Made by a program: the position numbers and the translations under genes. From positions 119,846,001 through 119,910,000 of the forward strand of contig OX597819.1 in NCBI GenBank assembly GCA_951406725.2: a DNA stretch of 64,000 bases. The letters are read 5' to 3'. Shown here piece after piece: positions 27,758-41,044 of the stretch. Numbering within the stretch: position 1 is the stretch's first letter; each line of letters starts with the position of its first letter. The notes beneath the pieces are model-generated. The model saw nothing but the letters and a program-made list of their open reading frames with translations, ran no database searches and had not been told where the DNA came from. The stretch comes from Octopus vulgaris. Its lineage: Eukaryota.

Positions 27758-28078
27758 GAAGGCGCATGGATCAGTGATTAGAGCATCGAGCTTACTATCG
27801 TGAGGTTGTGAGTTCGAATCCCAGACTGGTCAGCGTGTTGTGTTCTTGAGCAAGACACTTTATTTCACGTTGCTCCCGTTCAGTCAGATGTAGAAATGAG
27901 TTGCGACGTCACAGGTGCCAAGATGTATCGGCCTTTGCCTTTCTGTTGGTGGCGTGAAGAGGGAAGACCGTTATGCATGGGCGATTGCTGGTCTTCCATA
28001 AACAACCTTGGCCGAAATTCGCCTGGGAGGGTAACGTTCTAGGTGCAGTCCCATGGTGAGTCATGACCGAAGGGGGTC
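27758..28078 (+). mobile_element. CORE-type tRNA SINE, tail Z
   Basis: A and B boxes, then TGTGTTCTTGAGCAAGACACTTTATTTCACGTTGCTCC..TGTAGAAATGAG (MIR-core-like). Confidence 0.85.
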
Positions 28079-28084
28079 TCAGCA

Positions 28085-28126
<42 letters not shown>

Positions 28127-28861
28127 TAATGAGTGTTTTTTTAAAAAAACACTTCCGAATGAAAATATGCTGTCTTCGAAACATGTGTCGAGAGTAAAGG
28201 AATTCGTTCGACTCCATTCTTTCATTTATTCATATACAACACACAAATTTCTGCACATGAACCCGGAGTTTCTACCCTTGACAGGTCGCTTCAACCGTGT
28301 TTTCTGACGTGAATTTGCTACCCAGGTTTCGGTTAAACGAATTTTCCATGCTGACGATAAACATAGGATAATTCATTCACCTACTTATATATATATATAT
28401 ATATATATGTATATTTATATATATGTATGTATGCATGTGTGTATGTATATATGTATGTATGTATGTATGTATGTGTATATATATATAACTTAGATAACTT
28501 AGGTTGGTTTTGGCCATTATCGGCCCAGGCCATGACTAATTCAATATCATCACCTGGAAAAGTCATTTAGTTAATTATTTCTGGAGACCATGGACCACTC
28601 AAGCAGTGAAGAAATTGTCTTGCAATGTTCTTATGTGATGTGAACTCGACCTTTGTAGGGGACACATTGCACGGAGGCCTAGCCTTGGGTGAATTGCAAA
28701 TATAATACCGATATCATTTGGATAACATTCGTGGACTATTTACCACATGGTGCAAATAATGTATAGCGTTTCAGTCGTGCCCCAAAATCAAGTCGCATCA
28801 TGCCATTTATTTTTTTAGTGATTAATCTTTGTGTCGCTTCTATCCACATTATCTTGCTTTG

Positions 28862-28945
<84 letters not shown>

Positions 28946-29247
28946 CATATATATATATATATATGTATGTATGTATTTGCCTATGTATATGCATACATAT
29001 ATATGTATCTTAGTGTGTTTAAAAAAAGATTGGAAAAAAATATAGGTAGAAATTATTCCTATAAGAAAAGTTTGAGGCTAAGATGCACCTTACGCATGCA
29101 CTCTCTCTTTCTCTCTACCTCCCTCTCTCCCCCCTCTCTCTCTATATATATATATAAATATGTGTGTATATGTGTGTGTATGTATGTATATGTATCTATA
29201 CGTATGTATGTTTATATATCAATTTATATGCATAGATATATATACAC

Positions 29248-29295
<48 letters not shown>

Positions 29296-29446
29296 GCATA
29301 TAAAAAGAGGGGTCAGAAGCATGTCTATTTATGGACATAACAATGGAGATAATTGGCGGTAGTATTACTTCAACATATAACACCTCCCTCTGTCTTTCTA
29401 TATATATATGTGTGTGTGTATACATACATACATATACACATATATT

Positions 29447-29502
<56 letters not shown>

Positions 29503-29553
29503 ATGTATATATATATATATATATGTATGTATACGTATATATATTTGTAGACA

Positions 29554-29592
<39 letters not shown>

Positions 29593-30132
29593 TTATATAT
29601 ATAAATGTATATGCATACATGTATGTATGTATATATATACATATATATACCTACCTTAATTTTATGATATTCATGTACTGCAACTTGTATCCCGTCACGT
29701 TTATCTTTATTCAGTTCAACGCGGGAAGAATGAATGTATATCTGAAATAATAATAGCAAATCTGGCTGTGAAAATGTTTTATGCATATTCTGTTTGTGTA
29801 TATTGCCATTTACTACGTTCTTTATATTTACAAAGATCATTTCGTGCCATTGCTAATAATATCTTAGACCAGACTGACTAGAATACTTTTATATTATTCC
29901 ATACCAAATATATATTTCGACGTACAAAATAGACTTCGCCAACATATGCACAACACAATCATTTATATACATGGATGCAGAAAAACACTATTATATGAAT
30001 TACATATATATGTGTGTGTGTATGCGTTAGTGCATAGCTCCACTAATTGATGTAAACAAATATGATACACAAGCATACAGACACGCACATGCCGTCTCTC
30101 GCGCACACATACACACAACACACACGCACATA

Positions 30133-30175
<43 letters not shown>

Positions 30176-30301
30176 TATTCATATGTACGCATGAATACAT
30201 GGTATGTATGCATTTATATATGGTTATATAAAATCTATGTAATGATAGGCAGTCTGGACATGAACTTTCCTAAATAAATATATATGTAATTCGGCAACGA
30301 T

Positions 30302-30362
<61 letters not shown>

Positions 30363-30366
<4 letters not shown>

Positions 30367-30870
30367 TCGACCAAAGATTAGTCCAGGCCATATCTAACTT
30401 AATAGCACCACCTGATAGGATTATCTAAATCCTGTTTAAGTCAAGTTTTGTTTATGGTCCATTCAAGTAGTGAGCTCTTGTTGAGTGAGTTGTATCCAGG
30501 TATGAGTGGCTTATCCGGTTTTCCTTGAAGAAATCTGTCCAGACTCCGTTTAAAATTGATGGGATTATTTTCCTCTTTAATCAGTTTGGGGACAATGTTA
30601 AACAGGGCAGGGCTTGTTGAGGAAAAGAAATTATGTCGCAGTGTATCTATATCTTGTGATCGTGAATTGGGCAGGGTACGTATGGTCCGTGCTCCCAGCC
30701 TTGGATGAACCTTGAAACTAATGTTCTGGTCGTTTGGGTAATGCTGGCGGTATATTCTCCACATCGTATAAATAATATATCCTCTCGGGGCACCGCTGGA
30801 AAGAGTAAAGTGTCAAGGCTTTAAGTCGGTCCCAGTAATCGAGATCAGGCATGCCTTTATAATCTTTCTG
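30363..30870 (-). mobile_element. CR1-group (Zenon-like) LINE 3' fragment
   Basis: LDYWDRLKALTLYS..MWRI..HPRLG..PALFNIVP..FKRSLDRFL..PDKP..GYNSL; near-identical to 46340-46707. Confidence 0.88.
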
Positions 30871-31015
30871 TCCTGTTTGGTGGGAAATTGTCCTGTTGCG
30901 AGTATAGTCTGCTTTCAAGACAATGACAACCACCACACCATATATATTTATTCATTTATTTATCCAAGGATGGTCTGTTCTGCACAATTAAACAGTCAAT
31001 ATCACCCTCCCTCCA

Positions 31016-31072
<57 letters not shown>

Positions 31073-31789
31073 CTAACTAGCTAGCTAGCTAACTATCTAT
31101 CTACTGACTGCCACAAGTAAAAAAAAAAGTTTAAAAATTCTGCGGTCAATACGTCCAACTAAAAATTCTTCGAGGAGTTGCCCCAGCATGGTCACAATGT
31201 AATGACGGAAACAAGTAAAAGTTGAAAAGAAAGAAAACATAAAAGATAATTATAAGGGTGAGTGTTTGTCTATTTTCACCTGCAGAGCGGAAATCTAAAA
31301 AAATGACGCCGCTATTTTTTATCTGTCTATCTCTCTTTCTCTCCCTCTAAAAAACACACACACACACATACACACAGATACACTCACACTCATATATATG
31401 TATATTTATTCATGTTTCAGATATACCTATTTTTTTAACTTCTCCGTTCAGATATAAATGTACAAATTTCTTTCGCATACGCAGAGGCACTCTGACAGTG
31501 AAGCCATACGCACACAGACACAAATTCACAGCGAAACGAAAATCATGGACACACCAACAAAAAGACAGTTACACAACACCTTGCCCTACATTCCTGTAAT
31601 ATAGCGTCGGAATTTCAGCAAAAACCACTGACACCATTCAACATTTGAAAACATTTGAAAACATTTGAAAATTCAGTTCTCTATTACTTACTGATATTCA
31701 CACAACATCTTTACTTTCAATTTACGATAACTTGCTGATACTCCTTATCAAAAACATTTCTCATTCTCTTAAACTATTCTTCTACATGA

Positions 31790-32019
31790 TAACTCTTTAC
31801 TCTTTTACTTGTTTCAGTCATGTGACTGTGGCCATGATGGTGCACCGCCTTTAGTCGAGCAAATCCACCCCAGGACTTATTCGTTGTAATCCTAGTAATT
31901 ATTCTATTGGTCTTTTGCCGAACCACTAAGTTACGAAGACGTAAACACACAAGCATCGATTGTCAAGCGATGTTAGGGGGGACAAACACAGACACGCAAA
32001 CACACACACACACACACAT

Positions 32020-32085
<66 letters not shown>

Positions 32086-32232
32086 GATGAGCTTTTTTCA
32101 GTTTCCGTCTAGCAAATCCATTCACAAGGCATTTGTTGGCCCGAGGCTATAGTAGGAGACACTTGCCCAAGTTGCCACGCTGTGGGACTGAACCCGGAAA
32201 CATTTGGTTTGTAAGCAAGTCACTCCAACGCC
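31790..32232 (-). mobile_element. SINE family A
   Basis: Matches 55029-55445 in reverse. Confidence 0.9.
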
Positions 32233-33038
32233 TATACATATGTTACTTGCATTACTGTGTTCGAATTTCATTTCACTATTATTTACTGATATTTATTATC
32301 AAAAAAAATGTCCCATACATAAAGATCGTCACAAGACGAACAACAAACAAACGCAGGACGTGCATCAGAAAACGATGATGAGATGCGCGCAGAGGTTGTA
32401 GATCAGCGACAGAGAAAGATAACTCGATGTGCATCTGAAACCGACCATCAATGACACATACAACTCATTTATTATCGTCGTATCATAAACAGACACAAGT
32501 TCATGTATGATATTTATCCAAGTATGGATCGTCCGCGTAGTTGCAGTGGTTTTGAAACCGTTGATCTACATGACTCTCCTGCCTTCTTGACCACCCAACG
32601 ACCTGCTGCCGACGTCTTCGACCTTACCCTGACCCGGGATGCTAGCAGATACTACACCTTGCCCAAGGGTGACCTGCAGGCTATCAGAAGAAAGGGGCGC
32701 CTTACACCCTCTTTTGACAATCATAATACCGGTCTATCTATCTATCTATCTATCTATCTATATCTATATATATATATATATATATATCTGTATGTATGTA
32801 TATACATAATGAATATATTAAAAGTGAAACTATTTATAACTGTTATACCATCGGAAATTTCACTTTTATCCTTCGAGTTTTGAGATTTAATAAGGAAATA
32901 GTGCCAATGTCGTATTGCTTTAATCTAAAAAAATTACATGTTGTCAATCCTGGAGTCTCATAATATTGTCATGTAAAATTTGATTTGATTTGGTTAATCC
33001 GTTTAAGAATACATTGAAAACAGCCAGAGATGCAAAGG

Positions 33039-33075
<37 letters not shown>

Positions 33076-33199
33076 CAAGAACAATCTTACTTAGAAAGGG
33101 ATGCGTGCGTTCCGTCATATAATATATTAATAAATAAAACATATGCATATATATATATACATATATGTACGTACCTACCTCTACATGTATATATACACG

Positions 33200-33995
33200 C
33201 ATATATGAGTACAGGACACAAAAAAAAAACGTCGAACACAATGAGAAACGAAAATCTAGACACAAACCCAAGGAACTGGACATTTGTCTTAAACAACAAC
33301 AAAAATAGAGTACAGGACAAATAACACAAGGAAAAAACCCCTTCTTCAGTCGTCATGGTTTCATCTACTCTACGTTTCGAAGGTGAAGGTGAGACGAATC
33401 TTCGATAGAAATTTTCCTTCCTGCGAAAAGCAAATCAAATAAAATTTGAGATCTTTTTGCAGAGGGGTAAAAATGGTAACAAAAACAGGACAGTAATGAC
33501 AGTACAAAATATAAGCAGTAAAAGACAAGACAAGGAAAATAAATAGACAAGAAGGGCTGTTAAGCCGAACGAAAAAAAGTATTACGAACGCTATTTCTGC
33601 GGACGGCGAAGGGAGCCAAGAAAATTGCCGCCCACACCTCAAGAAGGTATATATATATATATATACATATAATAATAAAGAAGGGTAAAATTAATTAATC
33701 AATTAATAATTTTACAAAGTACTTCGGCATGCTAAAAGAACCATTATCGGTAAACTTACACAAAATTTTTATAATTATGAGCATAATTATAATTAGGCTT
33801 CAGCAAAATTTGCTTCAACACATACCGAAATTTAGAAATAGCAGTTAAAATACTATTCTACTACCTTAAGATATCTCCCAGACAGCAATAGTCTACAACT
33901 CGCGCAGGTAAAGAGAAAAAAGTAACGAATACACCCGGCTTTGATTAATTACATACGCGTTTCGTGGTTATGCTCATAATTATAAAATTTTTGTA
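33200..33995. mobile_element. Cluster of Penelope-like fragments in (TA)n; 33672-33995 ends in a 27-bp inverted repeat
   Basis: AAGGGTAAAATT terminus; acaaaatttttataattatgagcataa / ttatgctcataattataaaatttttgt; minus-strand CGAAACGCGTA remnant. Confidence 0.5.
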
Positions 33996-34026
33996 TATAT
34001 ATATATTTAAATATATATATATTTAA

Positions 34027-34071
<45 letters not shown>

Positions 34072-34964
34072 TATCGATGCAAAAAGAAAACTCCGTCATT
34101 TTACATATTAAAAGTAAAAATGAGCATAAAAGGAAATATTCCGCAAAATGTATTCAAAATGTATCCCACAAGCGTATTTCGTCGAGGTTTCGTAACTGGT
34201 ATGTCATCTATTAATTTATAACTCACCAGAAACACACCTTTCTTTGGTGAGAAAAGCTAATTCAGACAGCATGACAACAATGATATGAAAATAATTCACC
34301 TTTGAGCCGCAGCGCTACTTTTTATAAATGTTGGCATGTAGTTATTGTAGGATACATTAAATACATCATTTACGGATGACGTCTTCAATAAATTTCAGGA
34401 CATCGACGTCACTTGAGCTTGCCACACACCTGGTGCCCATTATTTGTCTATGTGTGAGTATGAATGAAATAAACTCTTGTATGAATGAATGACAGCTTAC
34501 AGTTGTCAAAATGCTTCATATCTAAAGCACTACGGCTGAAGCTACTTTATGAAATTGCTCTCAAAGACTTTTTCTGTAATATTTACAGCAGACTATTGTA
34601 TTATTTCATCATAGACGCTGTTAGTTTAACGATCATTCTGCTCGCTTATTTCATATTAACATCACATATCCAGCCTACTTGCCTTACTTCATTAAGAATG
34701 TGCTTGCATTGATTTTAATATTAATTTCAAAAGCGTCCATTGATTATTTAAACAGGCAAATGAAATAATGAAGTCTCGCCAAATATACGCTGCTTTTTAT
34801 ATACTACCCGCGTGAAATTTATATTATTATTATAAAACCTGAAAATATTGTTTGTTTGCTCCTAATAAACAGCTTAAGCAGTTCATATGAATTTAAATTT
34901 ATTGTGTTAAAACAAATGACGTTCTAACTCAAGAAAAGCGCCATGACTCCAGGTTTTATAAATA

Positions 34965-35290
34965 TCTATTTATATATATATTAAACTGAGAATGTGTGTC
35001 TGTCTGTCTGAATCCCTAAAACTTCAGAACTACACAACCAATTTCATTCAAATTTTACACATGCTTTACTTAGGGTCCATGTAGTGTCATGGGCAAAAAA
35101 CTTCTAACTGATTGCCTAGGGCTAGCCCACAACAATATCATATCTTCTCCACTATTTCAGTATTACGTATTAAAAGTGAAATAAAAACAGCTCTCTATTG
35201 TAATGTCAGATACTTTCACTTTAATACTGAAACTATTAAAGTCAAACTATTATATAAGAGGGATGAACCATTAACAGTGGACATCCATTT
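34965..35290 (+). mobile_element. Helitron-like 5' portion
   Basis: A|TCTATTTATATATATATTAAACTGAGAATGTGTGTCTGTCTGTCTG..accaatttcattcaaatttt. Confidence 0.6.
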
Positions 35291-35678
35291 TGCTAGAAGG
35301 AGATCCGCCATGGTCTAATATGCTACACCACTGGTTTTCAATTCATATTAATCAAATTAATATTCAATTTCTCACCCTTATTATTTAAAATTTAAATTTA
35401 AACCCAGGACCATGTGTTTTGGGACGAAGTTTGTTAGCACACAGCCACACCTCTACCTATGTATGTATATGCGCGTGTGTGTGTGTGTGTATGTTTGTAT
35501 AACTGTATATGTATACACTTATTTCTATACACATAGATGTATATGTATACATGTATATGTGTAGATATATATATATATAGATGTACATGTAATATGAACA
35601 CATAAATTCACATATATACATGCATACATATATACACCCATACGCACATACATACACACACGCACACACACACAGATG

Positions 35679-35810
35679 CAGGTCACACAGTTGTTAATGT
35701 TTATTTCAGTTGGGTCACGTCCTTCCAATTGCTATAGATTTGTAATGCATCTTACGGCTGTGCCTGTCACCTGGATGATGAAGAATACTACACTGGGAGT
35801 GGTAACGACT
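35679..35810 (+). repeat. 132-bp direct duplicate of 38683-38814
   Basis: Ungapped alignment, 8 mismatches counted by eye. Confidence 0.95.
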
Positions 35811-35815
35811 GGGTA

Positions 35816-37506
35816 CTGTAGCCGGCTAAAACACTATCCTGCCTCGGCACCTTCATGAGCTTCTGTGTCAGTGCTGCGAAGAGGATACAGTCCCTCAGGA
35901 TATGCGGGATGCTAACATCATTACGCTTTACAAAAACAAAGGTGACCGTGGTGATTGTAACAATTACCGTGGTATATCCCTTCTAAGCACTGTTGGAAAG
36001 ACCTCTGCTCGCATTATCCTGTCCAGGCTGCAACTGCTTGCTTCTCGAATTTATCCAGAATCGCAGTGTGGCTTTAGAAGAAGCAGATCAACTATTAACA
36101 TGATATTCTCCATACGCCAACTTCAGGAGAAGTTCAGAGAGCAGAAAATGCCATTATATATGGCCTTCATTGATCTGACAAAGGCCTTTGACTTGGTAAG
36201 TAGAAAAGGCCTCTTCATCCTGCTCCAAAAGTCGGATGTCCACCAAAGCTGCTGAGGATGATCAAATCTTTCCATGATGATATGCAAAGCACCATACAGC
36301 ACAATGGTCAACATCAACCGCCTTCCAAATAAAAAACGGGATAAAGCAAGGTTGTGCCCTTGCACCCACATTATTTGGCATCTTCGTCTCGCTGCTGCTG
36401 TCACATGCCTTTCAGACATCTGATGATGGAGTGTTTCTGCACAGTAGAAGTGACGGGAAACTGTTCAATCTCTAGCGTCTGCGTGTCAAGACCAAACTCA
36501 GAAACGTCCTGATCAAGGAGGTGCTATTTGCTGATGATGCCGCTTTGGTATCACACACAGAAGAAGCCCTACAAAGGCTCATCAATTGTTTTGAGCAAGC
36601 ATGTAGCGACGTTGGCTTAGTTATCAGCCTCAAGAAGACCAACATCATGGGTCGGGCTTCATCGGACATCCCAAACACACATATTGGAGACCACAGGCTA
36701 CAAGAGGTGGAGAAGTTTATCTATCTTAGCTCTACCGTCACCTACAACCTATCCCTTGACGCTGAGCTCAATATACGCATTGGCAAGGCAGCTGCTGTGA
36801 TGGCCCAACTATCCAAACGGGCATTGGACAACAAGACCAAAAAATGAAGGTTTACCAGGCAGGTCTACTTAGCACTCTACTGTATAGAAGTGAGACTTGG
36901 ACGCCATACATACGCCATACGTCGCCTAAATATCTTTCCCCTGCGCTGCCTCCGGAAATTCCTTCGCATCAAATGGCAGAATCATGTCCCCAACAAAGAT
37001 GTCCTCAAGCAAGCAGGAATACCAAGCATGTTTGCACTCCTCACACAAAGACGTATGAGATGGCTTGGACATGTTATCCGTATGGAAGATAGCAGAATCC
37101 CCAATGACATACTCTTCGGAGAGCTTGCTAGGGGAACTAGGTGGGAAGACCGTTCTTACGATACAAGGATGTTTGCAAAAGGGACATGAATGCCTGCAAC
37201 ATCAATATTACCAACTGGGAAGCAGTTGCCAGCAACCGTGGAGATTGGCGAGGTACCGTAAAAGAGGGAACACAAAGAATGACATAGAGAGGAGAAATGG
37301 AAAGACAAGAAAAGATGTCAACATGAAAGTATGACAGGTAAAGCCTTCGCTACATTTGCGGCACCTGGCAGAGGGAGTGTTTGTCCAGGATAGGACTACA
37401 CAGCCACAGCAGGAGATGTATTAGGACATGAAATGTAAAAGCCGGACTAGATTATTTTATGCGCAACTCCATTTTCTTCCGAGACAAAAAGGATGCCAGC
37501 AACAAT
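35816..37506 (+). mobile_element. RTE (BovB-like) LINE, 5'-truncated, RT domain to 3' tail, pseudogenised
   Basis: PQDMRDANIITLYKNKGDR..NYRGISLLS..PESQCGFR..FIDLTKAFD..LFADD..RWLGHV; multiple frameshifts; tail CCGAGACAAAAAGGATGCCAGCAACAA. Confidence 0.97.
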
Positions 37507-37720
37507 ATATATGGATTTCGTAGACAGGAACTGAAACAAATCAATCGTATATATATGTATGTATATATGTAAATGTATGTGTGTGTCTTTGTCTCCGTGT
37601 TTCGTCCTCATCACTGCTTCACAACTGCTGTTCATTTATTTACATCCTCTTAACTTACTGGTTTCCAAAGAACAAACTAACACAATAAGTACCAGGCTTA
37701 TCAACATAAAAAAGCACTAG
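37507..37720 (+). mobile_element. SINE family A, degenerate middle fragment
   Basis: ggatttcgtagacaggaactgaaa..aataagtaccaggctta. Confidence 0.65.
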
Positions 37721-37797
37721 GCTGTGTCTCATATTTTTGTTTGCTTAATCGGTTGAATCTACCAATATATCTGTGTGTGTGTGAGTGTATATATCTA

Positions 37798-37844
<47 letters not shown>

Positions 37845-37891
37845 ATATATATATATCTATCTATCTATCTATCTATATATATATATATATA

Positions 37892-38170
37892 TATATACAA
37901 AATTTAAAGGACTGACCACTAAAAGTGGACGGTCAACATGCTAGATATAGACGTTCAAATAAGAACCCAGCACGAACCAAAGCATTAAAAAATATTTTAT
38001 GGAAAATAGCGATTTGACGTCTATATCTAGAATGTTGACCGTCCACTTTTATTGGTCAGTCCTTTAAATTTTGTATATAAAAATATTTTAATCTTCGGAT
38101 TTTTTTAATATGCTTGGCCACTGGTTTTAATTGATTAATATCAATTTCTACCCTTATTAAATTTTAAATA
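37892..38170 (-). mobile_element. Penelope-like short element with a 68-bp inverted repeat
   Basis: 37892-37960 is the reverse complement of 38012-38079; terminus ccactggtttt..tttctacccttatt. Confidence 0.6.
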
Positions 38171-38989
38171 ATAAAAAATGTTCTCAAACCGGTAAATTGA
38201 CTGCTGCTACTTATTGGCTGCAGGGTAGATTTCCGATCTCAGCGCGCCAAAGTGAAGATATTTGAAAGATACGCATAAATATAATCTGTTGGACTCTATG
38301 CATGCGAGACTCCGGTCAAACGTTTTTGTATCTAGTCCTGCAAATTGTATTTCTATATAATAAGAGTTTGCTTTGACATACACTTACATTGTGATTTCTG
38401 CAATGTGCTGCATAAATTGTCAAGTAAATGAGAGGCATCTTTGCCTCCACTGATTCAGTTGCAAAGTGTTGAGTAAAGTTATTTGATTGCAGACTTCCTT
38501 TCAGTCTTTTTTATTATCAGTCGGTCACACATAGTCCCCAGATGGTAACATTGATTTCAAGGCCTTCACAGATGAGTGAATGGTTATTCAAAGCCATTTA
38601 TAGATTGTAAATTTATTCTGTCCAGTTACATATCAGTATAGTGGACATTTGCAAACTCCAACTTTCATTTCTCCTAAGCCCTCAGGTCACACAGTTGTTA
38701 ATGTATATTTCAGTTGGGTCACGCACTTCCAATTGCTATAGATTCGTAATGCATCTTACGGCTGTGCCTGTCACCTGGATGGTGAGGAATCCTACATTGG
38801 GAGTGGTAACGACTAGGGTAGGGTAACTGACTGCTTATTGTGATCATTCGTCTTTTTGTTTCCTGTAGCTTTGCTCTCTTTTACAAACCCAGTGAACATA
38901 TATTTCCTATTTCAAAGAAATTCAAACAATAGATATAAGACCCAAGTAAAAATGATTCTCAACAATTCAACTTCTCTGGTTGACATTAC

Positions 38990-39299
38990 GATACCCACCC
39001 CCAACAGGGGCCTTAACTCTCACATTTTAGAGCTCTATGACCTTCATTTTTCAGGAGCAAAATCTTTTTAACAGGCTCAATAAGACTGGTATTTTGGAAT
39101 ATGCGCATACATAACAGTAGCATGTGATATATGTGGCACGATTACAATTTTTTGCGGTGTGTAAAGAGGGAAATAACTCTCATCTGCAATTTTGATGAAA
39201 TTCGAAACATAGATATTCCAGTTCATTAGACAAAATATAACAGAAAAGTCTAATTCTTCAATTGTATGTAACACGGGCAACGCCGGGTATCTCTGTTAG
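38990..39299 (+). mobile_element. Helitron-like 3' portion
   Basis: 3' hairpin ACGGGCAACGCCGGGT followed by TTAG|T (CTAG variant); left boundary uncertain. Confidence 0.6.
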
Positions 39300-39317
39300 T
39301 TATTTATAAAAATCAAG

Positions 39318-40200
39318 CAGGCGTAGATATGGCTGAGTGTTAATAAGCTCGCTTTGCAACTATATGGGTTCGGGTTCAATACAGTTAATCGTCGACTTGA
39401 GCAAGGGTCTTCTTAGGATCTTTTCGATTTGAACGGCAGTTTATTCTAGCGGTGTCATATGAAATTGTCACCCATAATTATGACCCTAGTATCGATCTAT
39501 TGCATTTCAATCTATTTTAGGATTAGGGCTAGTTAGGGTTAAGATTAGGGGTGGGGGGAAGGGTATCTTATTTTTCTTTACAAATATAAATAAACCCAAT
39601 CTGTTTCTTAAACGAGGGACATATTCAAATGGCACAGAATGTTGTTTACCTCAATGGACGTCAGTGATTGGTTGAAATTGCAGAAATTGAAGGAAAAACA
39701 ACAAATATCTTACAAACCATAGAATTTTCTCAATAAAGCCAAGAGAAAAAGATGTTTTATAAACACATTCTACCAGTATACGAAGTTTAAAATTTTTTAG
39801 TTACCTAGAAATTATGTTAAAAACTGCCGTTCAAACCGAAAAGATCATTTCAATATATAAACAGGGCCGACCAATCCATTCTGAGTAAATTTTGTGGAAA
39901 CTCCTCACACACAAAAGCACGCACACACATGTATATATATACACACATTTTTGTGAGTATGTGTCTATGTGTCTGCGTACCTGTCTGTGTCTCTTCCACT
40001 ACGTGACAAGTGTTTGTTTGTTTACGTTCCCGTACCTTATACCTTCCACAAAACAGACCAATGGTATAAGTACCGGATTAGATAAACAGAATTAAAAGAA
40101 GCGAAACGTTTTTGCTGGGATCGATTCATTTGATTGAAACACTTTCAGGGGGTGCTCCAGCATGACCACAATTTAACGACTTAAGGAAGTAAAAGAAAAA
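39318..40200 (+). mobile_element. Old SINE family A copy interrupted by a MITE
   Basis: Head at 39318-39413; body resumes at about 39864 and ends ggtgctccagcatgacc..aagtaaaaga. Confidence 0.75.
39417..39846. mobile_element. MITE with 26-bp TIRs and internal TTAGGG-like tract
   Basis: GATCTTTTCGATTTGAACGGCAGTTT / AAACTGCCGTTCAAACCGAAAAGATC (1 mismatch). Confidence 0.9.
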
Positions 40201-40277
40201 AAGATAACAAAGAGTTCTTTTGAAAATTTCAACCGATAAAATTTTACTGTATTATTCGCGTGTGTGTGGTGGGCAAA

Positions 40278-41044
40278 ATGTTGTACCTGGAAGATTATTC
40301 GGAAGTGATTGAGAATTTGCCCATGGAGATGCGAGACACCACCTGACCGAAATGAGGGAGATGGAACTGCAAGTACAGAATGCATTAGATGATTTAGATG
40401 ATAAGGTAGCCGTATTTTTCAAGAAGTGTGGTAAGTAGCTTGCTAATCAACCACATGGTTCCGGGTGAAGTCCCACTGCGTGGCATCTTGGGCAAGTGTC
40501 TTCTACTATAGCCCCGGGCCGACCAATGCCTTGTGAGTGGATTTGGTAGACGGAAACTGAAAGAAGCCTGTCGTATATATGTATATTTATGTGTGTGTGT
40601 GTAAGTGTGTGTATGTCTGTGTTTGTCTCCGCAACATCGCTTGACAGCCGATGCTGGTGTGTTTACGTCCCCGTAACTTAGCGGTTCGGCAAAAAAAGAC
40701 CGATAGAATAAGTACTAGACTTACAAAGAATAAGTCCCGGGGGTCGATTTGCTCGACTAAAAGGCGGTGCTCCAGCATGGCTGCTGTCAAATGATTGAAA
40801 CAAGTAAAAGAGTAAAAGAGAGCCAAATGCTCGGACTGACTGCCGTGAAGAACAGTTTACCAAATTGCAACAAGGTTACTTTAAAGTACTTGATGACGCA
40901 GATGGAAAAGTTCATTTAGCAAACCACAAACATGACTTAATTGATAGGCACTTAAGAATATTAGATCAAGAATTATCAAATTTTAAGATGGAGCTGAAAG
41001 CAGATAATCCTGGTATTACAGGAATGCTGGTATATTACAGATAA
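40278..41044 (+). pseudogene. ING3: ING3 (inhibitor of growth 3) intronless pseudogene, N-terminal ING domain only
   Basis: MLYLEDYSEVIENLPMEMRD[+2 nt]HLTEMREMELQVQNALDDLDDKVAVFFKKC[SINE]PNARTDCREEQFTKLQQGYFKVLDDADGKVHLANHKHDLIDRHLRILDQELSNFKMELKADNPGITGML aligns to ING3 MLYLEDYLEMIEQLPMDLRDRFTEMREMDLQVQNA..LDQELAKFKMELEADNAGITEIL. Confidence 0.95.
40427..40820 (+). mobile_element. SINE family A inserted in the ING3 pseudogene
   Basis: Lacks the first ~14 nt; otherwise close to 55029-55445. Confidence 0.95.
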
